NCBI GenBank assembly: GCA_963722655.1
Contig: CAVRNT010000002.1
Location: forward strand, 138,520 to 202,519
From: an uncultured bacterium
GTDB lineage: Bacteria; Patescibacteriota; Minisyncoccia; UBA6257; GWB1-50-10
Length of the DNA stretch: 64,000 bases
Reading direction: 5' to 3'
The position numbers and the translations under genes are program-made. Of this stretch, positions 34,984 through 44,477 are shown one piece after another. Numbering within the stretch: the first letter of the stretch is position 1; every line of letters starts with the position of its first letter. The notes beneath the pieces were generated by a model. The model was given only the letters and a program-made list of their open reading frames with translations. It did not search any database and was not told where the DNA came from.

Positions 34984-35322
34984 CGGTAATTCAAATGACA
35001 GCTCCGGCGTAAGCCGGGGAGGAAAGTCGGGACACTCTCTGCCGATGAGGCAGATAAAAATGTAGCGGTTAACGGCCGCCGAGGGGAACCTTAGAGGTGC
35101 GAGCAGAAACGTCCTGAAGCGAAAGCCGAAGGAGGACCCGATCCCAAGCTAGTTGGTCCAGCTCCGCGATAGGGATAAAAACGTGGAGATGAAACGGCTA
35201 AATCCTTACAGAGTGCAAGGCCGCGCTCCGGAGAGATCCGGAGAGTGCCGCTCGAGCCCGAGAGCGATCGAGGGCCCAGATGAATTGTCATTTAAACAGA
35301 ATCCCGCTTATGAATTACCGAA
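34984..35322 (+). ncRNA. rnpB: RNase P RNA (bacterial type A, compact)
   Basis: P1 pairing CCGGTAATTC...GAATTACCG, P4 5' strand GGGGAGGAAAGTCGGGAC, P4 3' strand ACAGAATCCCGCTTA, conserved GGTTAACGG and AGTGCAAGGCC blocks. Followed by a strong terminator. Spurious ORFs 35091..35291 and 35153..35362 lie inside it. Confidence 0.75.
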
Positions 35323-35356
35323 AGACCGCGAAGCAATTCGCGGTCTTTTATTTTTC
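35323..35356. terminator. Intrinsic terminator after rnpB, shared with the convergent rnhB
   Basis: GACCGCGAA-GCAA-TTCGCGGTC perfect 9-bp stem followed by TTTTATTTTT. The rnhB stop lies 3 nt beyond it. Confidence 0.6.
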
Positions 35357-35358
35357 CG

Positions 35359-35970
35359 TTAAACGAACTTGCAGAACGTCTTGCGGTGCATTTCGGAGAG
35401 GCCGTGCTTTTTGACGAGCCGGATGTGCGCCCGCGTGCCATAGCCCTTGTGGCGGGCGAAATCGTAACGCGGGAACTTTTCGTGGCGAGCGACCATCAAC
35501 CGGTCGCGGTGGACCTTGGCGACGATGGAGGCGAGAGCGATCGCCTTGATCTTCTCGTCGCCTTTGATGACCGTCCTAACGTTCGCGAATTTTACCGTAC
35601 CTTCGGGTAAGTACAATCCCCCGTCCAAGAATATCTTCGTCTTCTTGAGGTCGAGTCGGTGCTTTTCGGAGAGCTTTTTGAGCGCCGCCCCGGCCGCGAG
35701 ATTCGCCGCCCGCGTGACATTCATCCTGTCTATCCGCTTGGAGGAAATGCTCACGACGGCATAAGGGATATCTCCTCTTTTTTTGACGTGTTTCACCCAC
35801 GTCTCCCTCTGGAGCGCCGAAAGCTTCTTCGAGTCCTTGAGGACCAATCCGCCGGAGCCGGCCTCCGGCCGCCTCCCCCGCCTCAAAGCCACTGCTCCGA
35901 CGGTCACGGGGCCGGCCAAAGCGCCTCTTCCCACCTCGTCCAGACCGATGATATAGGCCGCCCTTGGCAT
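35359..35970 (-). CDS. rnhB: Ribonuclease HII
   Basis: YIIGLDEVGRGALAGPVTVGAV (DEVGRG catalytic motif) and later DSK, D. Start at MPRAAYII (35970). The upstream extension in the ORF track is not RNase H-like. Confidence 0.8.
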   Translation of the reverse strand: MPRAAYIIGLDEVGRGALAGPVTVGAVALRRGRRPEAGSGGLVLKDSKKLSALQRETWVKHVKKRGDIPYAVVSISSKRIDRMNVTRAANLAAGAALKKLSEKHRLDLKKTKIFLDGGLYLPEGTVKFANVRTVIKGDEKIKAIALASIVAKVHRDRLMVARHEKFPRYDFARHKGYGTRAHIRLVKKHGLSEMHRKTFCKFV

Positions 35971-36120
35971 TACTTCGATAATATAGTCCTTTAGGACCTT
36001 ATGAACAATTGCGTCCGGGGCCCCGGACGAATAAAATGGAGGGGTGTCACGGGATGAGCGCACTCCGTCCTCCGGGAGACCGGGAAAAGGCGGACGGCGC
36101 GAGCTCCCACATCATTCATC

Positions 36121-39100
36121 ATGAAATTCGTTCATCTTCACGTTCACTCGCACTTCTCTCTCCTGGATGGGCTCGCGAAAATAGATCAGCTGATCGCTAA
36201 GACGAAGGAGTACGGAATGGACGCCATCGCTCTGACCGACCACGGCAACCTCTACGGCGCCGTGGAGTTTTATAAGAAGGCGACGAAGGCGGGCGTGAAG
36301 CCCATCATCGGCGTCGAGACCTACATCGCCCCCTACGGCCATTTGAATAAACGGCCGAAGATCGACGAAAAAAGATTCCACCAAGTCCTCATCGTCAAGA
36401 ACGACGTCGGCTGGAAGAATTTAATCCAACTTGTCACGGCCTCCTATCTCCAGGGATTTTATTACAAGCCGCGCATCGATAAGGAACTTTTAGAAAAATA
36501 TCACGAAGGACTCATCTGCCTCTCCGGCTGCTTCTCGGGAGAAATTCCGAAGCTCCTCGCCGCGAAGAACCTCGCAGAAGCCGAGAAGGTCGCGGCGTGG
36601 TACAAAGACCTCTTCGGCGACGACTATTACATCGAGCTCCAGCCGCACGACCCCGAACTTCACGAGTCGCTCATCGCCCTCGCGAAGAAGCTCGGCATCG
36701 CGGTCGTCGCGACCCAAGACGTCCACTACGTCGAGAAGGACGACAAGACCGCTCACGAGATCCTCCTCGCGGTCCAGACCCAGAGCAAATTGGACGATGA
36801 GGACCGGCTCTCGCTCAAAAAGTTCGACGTCTCGCTCCTCTCGCCAGAGGAGATGGCGGAGAAGTTCCAGCACGTCCCCGAAGCCATTGAAAACACCGTG
36901 AAGATCGCCGAGAAGTGCGATTGGAAATTGGAACTGGGGAAGCTCCATTTGCCGAAGTTCCAAGTGCCGGGCGGCGTGACCGCCAAGGCCTATTTGAAGG
37001 AGCTCGTCGACGAGCGGGTCGCGAACCGCTACCCCAAGGTCTCACCCGAAATCCAAGCGCGCTTGGATATGGAGCTCGGCGTCATCGAGAAGACCGGCTT
37101 CGCCGATTACTTCCTCATCGTCCAGGACTACGTGAACTGGGCGAAGACCCACGGCATCGTCGTGGGACCGGGCCGCGGCTCGGCCGCCGGGAGCATCGTC
37201 TCTTACGTCTTGGGCATCACTTCTTTGGACCCCCTAAAATATGACCTCCTCTTCGAGAGGTTCCTGAACCCCGACCGCGTCCAGGCACCGGATATCGACA
37301 TCGACTTCGCCGACACCCGCCGGGACGAGGTCTTGGCCTACGTCCGCGAAAAGTACGGCGAGGATAAGGTGGCCCAGATCATCACCTTCGGGACGATGAT
37401 GGCCCGGGCCGCCGTCCGCGACACGGCGCGGGCCATGGGTTTCCCTTATGGCACGGGCGACCGCATCGCCAAGCTCATCCCCTTCAACATGAATTTGAAG
37501 CAGTCCTTGGAGAACATCCCGGAGCTCAAGGACCTCTACCGGCGGGACGAGGAGACGAAGAAGGTGATTGACACGGCGATCAAGCTCGAGGGCACCGCCC
37601 GCCACGCCTCGGTCCACGCCTGCGGCGTCGTGATCGCCCCGGAACCCCTGGTCCACTTCATGCCTCTCCAGCGCGCCCCCCAGGGCGAGAACATCACTCT
37701 CACCCAGTTCGAGATGCACAGCGTGGAGGACATCGGGATACTCAAGATGGACTTCTTGGGGCTCAAGAACCTCACCATCATCGAAAAGACCCTGCGCCTC
37801 ATCCAAGAGGACAAGGGCGAGCGGATCGACATCGAGAAGGTCCCCTTGGATGACAAGGAGACCTTCAAACTCTTCCAATCCGGTGAGATGACCGGCGTCT
37901 TCCAGTTCGAATCGGCCGGCATGCGTCACTATCTCAAGGACCTTAAACCCACTGAGCTAGAAGACCTGATCGTTATGGGATCACTTTACCGCCCGGGCCC
38001 GATTGAGCTGATCCCACAATACATCCGGCGCAAGTTCGGCCGCGAGAAGGTGGAATACCTGCACCCGAAACTTGAGCCGATACTCAAAAGCACTTACGGC
38101 GTCGGCGTCTATCAGGAGCAGATGATGCGCATCGCGCGCGACCTCGCGGGTTTCACCCTCGCCGAGGCCGATACCTTGCGCAAGGCGATCGGCAAGAAGA
38201 TTAAAGCGCTCCTCGATGAACAGCAAGAGAAACTCATCAAGGGGATGGTCAAGAACGGCATCAGCCAAAGGACGGCCGAGGCGATCTGGGAGCTCTTCCC
38301 GCCCTTCGCCCGCTACGGCTTCAATCGCTCGCACGCCGCCTGCTACGCGATGATCAGCTACGAGACGGCCTACCTCAAGGCCCACTATCCGGTGGAGTTC
38401 ATGACGAGTTTGCTGAACGTCTCCGGCACCGAGATCGAGCGTATCAACTTCCTCGTCGGCGAAGCAAAGCGGATGGGCATCAAGGTGTTGCCGCCGGACA
38501 TCAACCAGAGTTTCCAAGGATTCGCGGTGGACGGCAAGAACATCCGCTTCGGACTCTTGGCCATCAAGAACATCGGAGGGAACATAGTGGACGTCATCAT
38601 CGCCGAGCGCGCCAAGGGTGGCCCTTTCACCGACCTGACCAACTTCCTCACCCGCGTCCAGCACCGCGATCTGAACAAGAAATCTATCGAGAGCCTAATC
38701 AAGGCCGGCGCCTTCGATTCCTTCGGCACCGAGCGCGGGCAGCTTCTGGAGAACATCGAGGAGATCATCAAGTTCAATCAGGCGGCCAGAAAGAGCGCAT
38801 CCACCAATCAGGATTCGCTCTTCGGTTCCACGGCTACCTTCACCTCGCTCCGCCTCCGGTCGGCCGCGCCCGTGGCGAAGAACGTGATGCTCTCCTGGGA
38901 AAAGGACCTCTTGGGGCTTTATCTCACAGACCACCCTTTGAACGGCCGAAGCGGGCAGATTGGCGACCGGGTGAAGACGATCCACTATGCCTTAACGCTC
39001 CCCAAAAACGGCGAGCGGTCGCTCAAGTTCTCCATTGCCGGCGTCGTGAGCGCGGTGAAGAAGATAATCACCAAAAAGGGCCAGCCGATGCTCTTCGTGA

Positions 39101-39264
39101 CCTTGGAGGACAAGGAGGACAGCATGGAGGTGCTGGTCTTTAACGACGTGCTTTCTAAGAGCCGGAATGCCTGGGTGGAGAACAACGCCGTTCTCATCGA
39201 CGGCTTCGTCTCTTGGAAGAACGACGACGCCAAGTTCATCGCCGACTCGGTAAAGGTGCTTTAG
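36121..39264 (+). CDS. dnaE: DNA polymerase III alpha subunit
   Basis: PHP domain MKFVHLHVHSHFSLLDGL, palm/fingers (GPGRGSAAGS, QFESAGM), OB-fold C-terminus. 1047 aa. Confidence 0.9.
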   Translation: MKFVHLHVHSHFSLLDGLAKIDQLIAKTKEYGMDAIALTDHGNLYGAVEFYKKATKAGVKPIIGVETYIAPYGHLNKRPKIDEKRFHQVLIVKNDVGWKNLIQLVTASYLQGFYYKPRIDKELLEKYHEGLICLSGCFSGEIPKLLAAKNLAEAEKVAAWYKDLFGDDYYIELQPHDPELHESLIALAKKLGIAVVATQDVHYVEKDDKTAHEILLAVQTQSKLDDEDRLSLKKFDVSLLSPEEMAEKFQHVPEAIENTVKIAEKCDWKLELGKLHLPKFQVPGGVTAKAYLKELVDERVANRYPKVSPEIQARLDMELGVIEKTGFADYFLIVQDYVNWAKTHGIVVGPGRGSAAGSIVSYVLGITSLDPLKYDLLFERFLNPDRVQAPDIDIDFADTRRDEVLAYVREKYGEDKVAQIITFGTMMARAAVRDTARAMGFPYGTGDRIAKLIPFNMNLKQSLENIPELKDLYRRDEETKKVIDTAIKLEGTARHASVHACGVVIAPEPLVHFMPLQRAPQGENITLTQFEMHSVEDIGILKMDFLGLKNLTIIEKTLRLIQEDKGERIDIEKVPLDDKETFKLFQSGEMTGVFQFESAGMRHYLKDLKPTELEDLIVMGSLYRPGPIELIPQYIRRKFGREKVEYLHPKLEPILKSTYGVGVYQEQMMRIARDLAGFTLAEADTLRKAIGKKIKALLDEQQEKLIKGMVKNGISQRTAEAIWELFPPFARYGFNRSHAACYAMISYETAYLKAHYPVEFMTSLLNVSGTEIERINFLVGEAKRMGIKVLPPDINQSFQGFAVDGKNIRFGLLAIKNIGGNIVDVIIAERAKGGPFTDLTNFLTRVQHRDLNKKSIESLIKAGAFDSFGTERGQLLENIEEIIKFNQAARKSASTNQDSLFGSTATFTSLRLRSAAPVAKNVMLSWEKDLLGLYLTDHPLNGRSGQIGDRVKTIHYALTLPKNGERSLKFSIAGVVSAVKKIITKKGQPMLFVTLEDKEDSMEVLVFNDVLSKSRNAWVENNAVLIDGFVSWKNDDAKFIADSVKVL

Positions 39265-39321
39265 GGTGGGGGCATTAAAACGTAAATTGCGGCCGCCGGC
39301 CGCCTGCTTTATAATTCATAA

Positions 39322-41073
39322 ATGGCAAAAGTTGAAAAGATAGACGGCATTCGGCACTCGCTGGCGCACCTCCTCGCCGCTGCGGTTTTGAAGAAGTTCC
39401 CAAAGGCGAAGCTAGGCGTTGGGCCGGTCATCGAGAACGGCTTTTATTACGACTTCAAACTCCCCCGCCCCCTCACGCCCGACGACCTCAAGGAGTTCGA
39501 GCAGACAATGCGCGACATCATTTCCCAAAAACTCCCCTTCAAAGGCGAGAAGATTACGCCCGCGCAGGCGAAAAAAATATTCAAAGACCAACCCTTCAAG
39601 CTAGAACTCATCAAGGATTTCACGAAAGCAAAGAGCCCGCTGACCGTCTACCATACCGGCAAGGTCTTTTTCGACCTCTGCCGCGGCGGCCACGTCAAAA
39701 ACACCTCGGAGATAAATCCCTCGGCCTTCAAGTTGGACAGGATCGCCGGCGCCTATTGGAGGGGCAACGAGAAGAACCCGCAGCTCCAGCGCATCTACGG
39801 TCTGGCCTTCGAGACCAAGAAGGAGCTGGACGACCATCTCGCGATGATGGAAGAGGCCAAGCGCCGCGATCACCGCGAGATCGGCAAGAAGCAAGAGCTA
39901 TTTGCCTTCGACGACCTTCTCGGCCCCGGCCTGCCGCTCTGGCTCCCCAAAGGCACCATCATCAAGGACGAGATAGAAAAGTTCGCCAAGGAGATGGAGG
40001 AAAAGTACGGCTACGTGAGGGTCTCGACGCCCCATATCGCGAAGCAGAAGCTTTTTGAGACCTCCGGCCACCTGCCGCACTATGCCGACTCGATGTTCCC
40101 GGCGATGAAGCTTGATGACGGCAACTACTACTTGAAGGCGATGAACTGCCCCATTCACCACCTCATTTACAGATCCTCCCCCCGGAGCTACCGCGAACTC
40201 CCCTTGCGCCTGGCCGAATACGGCACCGTCTACCGCAACGAGCTTTCCGGCACGCTCGCCGGGCTATTGCGCGTCCGGATGCTCTCGATGAACGACGCCC
40301 ATATTTACTGCCGGGCCGACCAAGTCGAGGAAGAGTTCAAGAAAGTGGTCGAGCTCACGCTCCACTACTTCAAGATCTTTGGGTTGAAGAACTATTCCTT
40401 CCGCCTCTCGCTCTGGGACCCGAATAACAAGGAAAAGTACATCAACGAGCCGAAGAATTGGAAAATGGCTGAAGACATCCTGCGAAAGATCCTCACTAAC
40501 TTGGGCGTGAGCTTCGTGGAGGCCAAAAACGAGGCGGCCTTTTACGGCCCGAAGGTGGATATCCAGTACCGCTCCGTCTCCGGCCGGGAAGAGACGATGT
40601 CCACGATTCAGCTCGACTTCGCGGCCAAGAAGCGCTTCGGCCTCGTCTATCACGACCGGGACGGCAAGGAAAACGGCGAGGTCTTTGTTATCCACCGCGC
40701 TCCGCTCTCGACCCACGAGCGGTTCATCGCCTATCTCATCGAGCACTACGCCGGCGAGTGGCCCGTGTGGCTTTCTCCCGTCCAGGCGCGCGTCATCCCA
40801 ATCGCCGATCGGCACACTGAATATGCCAAGCGAGCGGTGGAGGAACTGAAAAAGAACGGCTTGCGCGCCGACATCGCTTCTTCCGGCGAGACCCTTGGCA
40901 AGAACATCCGCGAGGCCGAGCTTCAGAAGATTCCTTATATCCTCGTCGTCGGCGATAAGGAGGTGGAAAGTAAGCTCATTAACGTCCGCGAAAGGCACAA
41001 AAAGGAGACGGTCACGATGAGTGCGATGAAGTTCATTGAGAAGGTCAAGCAGGAAGTAGAGGAGAAAAAATAA
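39322..41073 (+). CDS. thrS: Threonyl-tRNA synthetase (lacking the N-terminal TGS domain)
   Basis: Second-additional/editing domain HSLAHLLAAAV, class II motifs, C-terminal anticodon-binding domain. 583 aa. Confidence 0.9.
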   Translation: MAKVEKIDGIRHSLAHLLAAAVLKKFPKAKLGVGPVIENGFYYDFKLPRPLTPDDLKEFEQTMRDIISQKLPFKGEKITPAQAKKIFKDQPFKLELIKDFTKAKSPLTVYHTGKVFFDLCRGGHVKNTSEINPSAFKLDRIAGAYWRGNEKNPQLQRIYGLAFETKKELDDHLAMMEEAKRRDHREIGKKQELFAFDDLLGPGLPLWLPKGTIIKDEIEKFAKEMEEKYGYVRVSTPHIAKQKLFETSGHLPHYADSMFPAMKLDDGNYYLKAMNCPIHHLIYRSSPRSYRELPLRLAEYGTVYRNELSGTLAGLLRVRMLSMNDAHIYCRADQVEEEFKKVVELTLHYFKIFGLKNYSFRLSLWDPNNKEKYINEPKNWKMAEDILRKILTNLGVSFVEAKNEAAFYGPKVDIQYRSVSGREETMSTIQLDFAAKKRFGLVYHDRDGKENGEVFVIHRAPLSTHERFIAYLIEHYAGEWPVWLSPVQARVIPIADRHTEYAKRAVEELKKNGLRADIASSGETLGKNIREAELQKIPYILVVGDKEVESKLINVRERHKKETVTMSAMKFIEKVKQEVEEKK

Positions 41074-41098
41074 AAGGTGGTTCAGAGAACCACCTGGG
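41060..41098 (-). terminator. Intrinsic terminator for the small minus-strand ORF
   Basis: Perfect 8-bp GGTGGTTC-AGAG-GAACCACC hairpin. On the minus strand it is followed by TTTTATTTTTT, which overlaps the last thrS codons. Confidence 0.45.
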
Positions 41099-41115
41099 CG
41101 TTAGATAGATTACAT

Positions 41116-41241
41116 TCAGATGAAGAGGGCCGTACCGTCTTCTTCAACATCAACGGCGGGACCATTGTTCCGTCGGGCGATGTAAGCGATCGCTCCGGTC
41201 AAAACGACGACCGTTACCAAAGTAAACAGCCACTTTTTCAA
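41116..41241 (-). CDS. Small hypothetical single-TM protein (41 aa, TTG start)
   Basis: AAAGGGAGG RBS 7 nt before a TTG. Predicted MKKWLFTLVTVVVLTGAIAYIARRNNGPAVDVEEDGTALFI, followed by the terminator above. Antisense to the ORF-track GTG-start ORF 41077..41271. Confidence 0.35.
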   Translation of the reverse strand: MKKWLFTLVTVVVLTGAIAYIARRNNGPAVDVEEDGTALFI

Positions 41242-41279
41242 GGTACTACCTCCCTTTTATTTCCGGTATAATACCATAA

Positions 41280-42143
41280 ATGCTTAAAAAGTCAACAATG
41301 CAGAAACTCCTCGTTATCGTGGGGCCGACCGCCTCGGGCAAGAGCGCCTTGGCGGTCAAGCTCGCCAGGCAATTCAACGGTGAGGTAATTTCCGCCGATT
41401 CCCGCCAGGTCTATAAGGGTCTCGATATCGGCACGGGCAAAATCACCAACAAGGAGATGGGCGGCATTCCCCACCACCTCCTGGACGTCGCAAGTCCCCG
41501 GCGCGTCTTTACGGTCACCGATTTCAAGCGCCTGGCGGAAAAAAAGATAAAAGAGATATCCTGCCGAGGTAAGCTGCCCATCGTTTGCGGCGGAGCGGGA
41601 TTTTACGTTCAAGCCGTCACGGATGGCCTGGTTTTACCGAACGTCCCGCCGAATCCGAAGTTCCGAGCGCGCCTCGCCAAGAGATCGGCCGCAGAGCTCG
41701 CGGCCATGTTGAAGAAAATGGACCCGGCGCGATTCAAGACGATAGACGTCAAAAATCCGGTGCGCCTCATCCGGGCCATAGAAATTGTCAAGGCGCTCGG
41801 GAAGGTGCCTAAAATGGAAACGGGGCCCACTAACACTGGCGCGATGATCATCGGCCTGAATCCTGGAACCGAAAAACTAAAAAAATCTGTTTTAACTCGC
41901 GTCAAGAAAATGATCAATCTTGGTTTGATCGATGAAACCAAGCGGCTTCTAAAAACCGGGGTCGGAAAGAAAAGGATGTACGAATTCGGCTTCGAATACC
42001 GGGACGTCCTGAGGTATCTCGATGGCGGGATGCAAACGAAGAAGGAGCTGATCGATGCGATCGTGAGCGACACGCTGAAGTACGCCAAGCACCAGATGAC
42101 GTGGTTTAAGAGAGATAAGAGGATCCATTGGGTCAAAAACTAA
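41280..42143 (+). CDS. miaA: tRNA dimethylallyltransferase
   Basis: LVIVGPTASGKSALAVKLARQFNGEVISADSRQVYKGLDIGTGK matches the MiaA P-loop N-terminus. Confidence 0.85.
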   Translation: MLKKSTMQKLLVIVGPTASGKSALAVKLARQFNGEVISADSRQVYKGLDIGTGKITNKEMGGIPHHLLDVASPRRVFTVTDFKRLAEKKIKEISCRGKLPIVCGGAGFYVQAVTDGLVLPNVPPNPKFRARLAKRSAAELAAMLKKMDPARFKTIDVKNPVRLIRAIEIVKALGKVPKMETGPTNTGAMIIGLNPGTEKLKKSVLTRVKKMINLGLIDETKRLLKTGVGKKRMYEFGFEYRDVLRYLDGGMQTKKELIDAIVSDTLKYAKHQMTWFKRDKRIHWVKN

Positions 42144-42194
42144 AGAGAAGCCGAGTTTGACGTAAAAAAATTTCTATCCTAACATAAAAGCATT

Positions 42195-42389
42195 ATGGGT
42201 GGCGTACCTACAAAACATCATTCTAAATCAAAGGTGGGCCGGCGGCGGTCCCAGCTCGCGCTGAGGAAAGTCAACTTGGTGGTCTGCCCGAACTGCAAAG
42301 GCCCGACCCTGCCGCACCGGATTTGCCCGAACTGCGGCACGTATGTAAAGACCGGTTTAAAACCGAAAACGACGCAAAAAGCCTCTTAG
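42195..42389 (+). CDS. rpmF: 50S ribosomal protein L32 (zinc-ribbon type)
   Basis: 64 aa. [15 protein letters not shown]...[20 protein letters not shown] matches the CxxC...CxxC L32 family. Confidence 0.7.
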   Translation: MGGVPTKHHSKSKVGRRRSQLALRKVNLVVCPNCKGPTLPHRICPNCGTYVKTGLKPKTTQKAS

Positions 42390-42402
42390 CTCTTTACCAT
42401 CC

Positions 42403-42885
42403 ATGGCGACCCGCCATTTGGCCCGAACGATAGTCCTCCAGTCGCTCTACGAGTGGGATTTTTACAACCGCGAGACCGATCTCACGACCATCATCGAACG
42501 GAACTTGAACGAATTCGGCCCCGGCATCGACGAGCCGGATTTTGTTTGGCGCATCGCGAAAGGCGTCATTGAACATCTCAAGGATTTAGATGCCACGATT
42601 GTCCGCGTTGCCCCCGAGTGGCCGCTCCACCAGATCGCCATCATCGACCGGAACGTCCTCCGGATCGGCCTATACGAGCTAATGTACGCCGACCAAAGCG
42701 AGGTCCCGCCCAAGGTCGCCATCAACGAGGCGATCGAGATCGCCAAGAACTATGGCGGCCAGAACTCGCCAAAGTTCGTGAACGGGGTCTTAGGCACCGT
42801 CTACCGCGAAATGGAAGCGGCCGGCAAGATACCGAAACAAGAGGAAAAAAAAGAGAAGGATAAAAAAGACGCCCCGGAAAAATAA
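42403..42885 (+). CDS. nusB: Transcription antitermination factor NusB
   Basis: [16 protein letters not shown]...[51 protein letters not shown]. Confidence 0.8.
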   Translation: MATRHLARTIVLQSLYEWDFYNRETDLTTIIERNLNEFGPGIDEPDFVWRIAKGVIEHLKDLDATIVRVAPEWPLHQIAIIDRNVLRIGLYELMYADQSEVPPKVAINEAIEIAKNYGGQNSPKFVNGVLGTVYREMEAAGKIPKQEEKKEKDKKDAPEK

Positions 42886-42907
42886 CGGGGCGTTGAATTT
42901 ACGATGA

Positions 42908-43699
42908 TCACAAGAGCGAGTTCTCTTTTTGTTTCTTAAAATATTTCCTAAGAATATCAATGATGTCTTCGGCGACTTCTTTCTCCGGCTTATCGCCGTC
43001 AACCGATCGAAATATTCCCTCTCCGTCATCGCGATCCATACCTCTTTCGTAGACGTTATTCCAATAGCGCAACACCGGAAGGTCTTCACCATTCAAAGAC
43101 TTACTGGACTCAAAAGAACGCGCCACGGCTGCTTTTGGGTCGGAACGAATGAATATGTTCACATCAGGGTAATAGTATCGATCGAGAGCCGTTTTTTCTT
43201 CCTTGAACATCCTTTCGGCCACGCAACTGCCAAAACCGAAGTTCTCCGTCGAGTAGATCGCGCGCGATCTGCTCCTGAAGACAAAGAAGTTTTCATTGAC
43301 CTTCGGTATGACGTTGAACTTCAGGTCGCAAAGCTCGTCGCAAACGATGAGCAATCCAAGGTCGAAAGCATCCGGCCTATCGCCCATTTGCAGGGATTTC
43401 GATATCTGCTCGATTCGCAATGGAATGTCGGAAAAGCTTTTTTCGAAGTACTCGCCGAAGTCGTTCAGAAACCGACGAACGGCGGGTGCGAATTCTATAA
43501 TGGCGAGCTCTGATGTCGCCGCCGGTTCAGACTTTTTGTCGACCGCCAATTTAAACATCCGCATGAAGGTGGAATTTGTCCTTTCCTTATAGCCGGCTAC
43601 TTTGATCCCTCGATCTTTGGCGTAAGCTGCCACTTTCCCGAAGACCTTCGATCTCCCAGAGAAAGGAATCCCGAAAAAAACAACGAAAATGCCGTTCAT
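42908..43699 (-). CDS. P-loop kinase-like protein (thymidylate/dNMP kinase-like) with Arg-substituted Walker A
   Basis: VVFFGIPFSGRSKV resembles GxxGSGKST of Tmk/dNK but has R in place of the Walker Lys. ...YAKDRGIKVAGYKERTNSTFMRMFK resembles the Tmk lid/REPGGT region. Lower GC. Adjacent to thymidylate genes. Confidence 0.4.
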   Translation of the reverse strand: MNGIFVVFFGIPFSGRSKVFGKVAAYAKDRGIKVAGYKERTNSTFMRMFKLAVDKKSEPAATSELAIIEFAPAVRRFLNDFGEYFEKSFSDIPLRIEQISKSLQMGDRPDAFDLGLLIVCDELCDLKFNVIPKVNENFFVFRSRSRAIYSTENFGFGSCVAERMFKEEKTALDRYYYPDVNIFIRSDPKAAVARSFESSKSLNGEDLPVLRYWNNVYERGMDRDDGEGIFRSVDGDKPEKEVAEDIIDILRKYFKKQKENSLL

Positions 43700-43829
43700 T
43701 ATTTTCTCCTTTTCAAAAAACCAACTTTAGAGTACCAGCCGCAACGGGGGTTGTAAACCGTTGACACCGCACCCGGTTTTGCCTAAGGTAAGCGTGGTAA
43801 CTATACAACTATAAACAAGGAGAATTGCG

Positions 43830-44477
43830 ATGAATGACCTGTTCGGTCCCGGCAGTAATTTCGACAATCGTTTTGTCGCCGATCACGCAGAACTCAAAGA
43901 AAGAGTGGGTGCCTGTCGCAAACTGAGCAAGAAGATAGTCCTGACTTCAGGCGCTTGGGACATACTCCATATCGGCCATTGCGGCTATCTGGAAGCGGCT
44001 AAAAAGTCGACGGGTTCCAACGGCGAAAATACCGTTCTGATAGTCGGTGTGGATAGCGACGAAAAGATACGCGCCAAGAAGGGTAAGAGCCGTCCCATCG
44101 TCCCAGAAAAAGAACGGATGGGAATCCTCTGCCACATTCGGCACGTCGACCTGGTGGTCTTGAAAAACCAAGGCGAAGAAAAATGGGCGTTGATCAAGGC
44201 GGTCAAGCCCGACATTCTCGTCATTTCGGAAAGGACGGAATATTCCGAAGATGAGCGGAACCAGCTCAAAGAGTGGTGTGGAGAGATAGTCGTCCTGGAA
44301 TCACAAGCCACCACATCGACAACCGCTAAGATCAGATTGCTTATAGTGGGCGTGGCTCGAGAGGCCAGGGAAAGCTTCAATAAGCTCGAGAAGGATATTT
44401 TGGACATTTTGAGCGAGTTCAAGAACTTCCTGGACCAGCTGCCAAGCGGCGTGGAGAAAAGCGAGGATAAGAGATGA
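43830..44477 (+). CDS. Cytidylyltransferase-like nucleotidyltransferase (HxGH class)
   Basis: VLTSGAWDILHIGHCGYLEAAKK, the (T/H)xGH motif of TagD/RfaE-II/PPAT-type nucleotidyltransferases. AAGGAGA RBS. The stop overlaps the next gene's ATG. Confidence 0.55.
   Translation: MNDLFGPGSNFDNRFVADHAELKERVGACRKLSKKIVLTSGAWDILHIGHCGYLEAAKKSTGSNGENTVLIVGVDSDEKIRAKKGKSRPIVPEKERMGILCHIRHVDLVVLKNQGEEKWALIKAVKPDILVISERTEYSEDERNQLKEWCGEIVVLESQATTSTTAKIRLLIVGVAREARESFNKLEKDILDILSEFKNFLDQLPSGVEKSEDKR

Noticed and set aside
35091-35362. Two short ORFs (66 and 69 aa)
   Set aside because: They lie inside the RNase P RNA gene.
41077-41271. 64-aa plus-strand GTG-start ORF between thrS and miaA
   Set aside because: No RBS. 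The opposite strand has a better-supported small gene with RBS and terminator.
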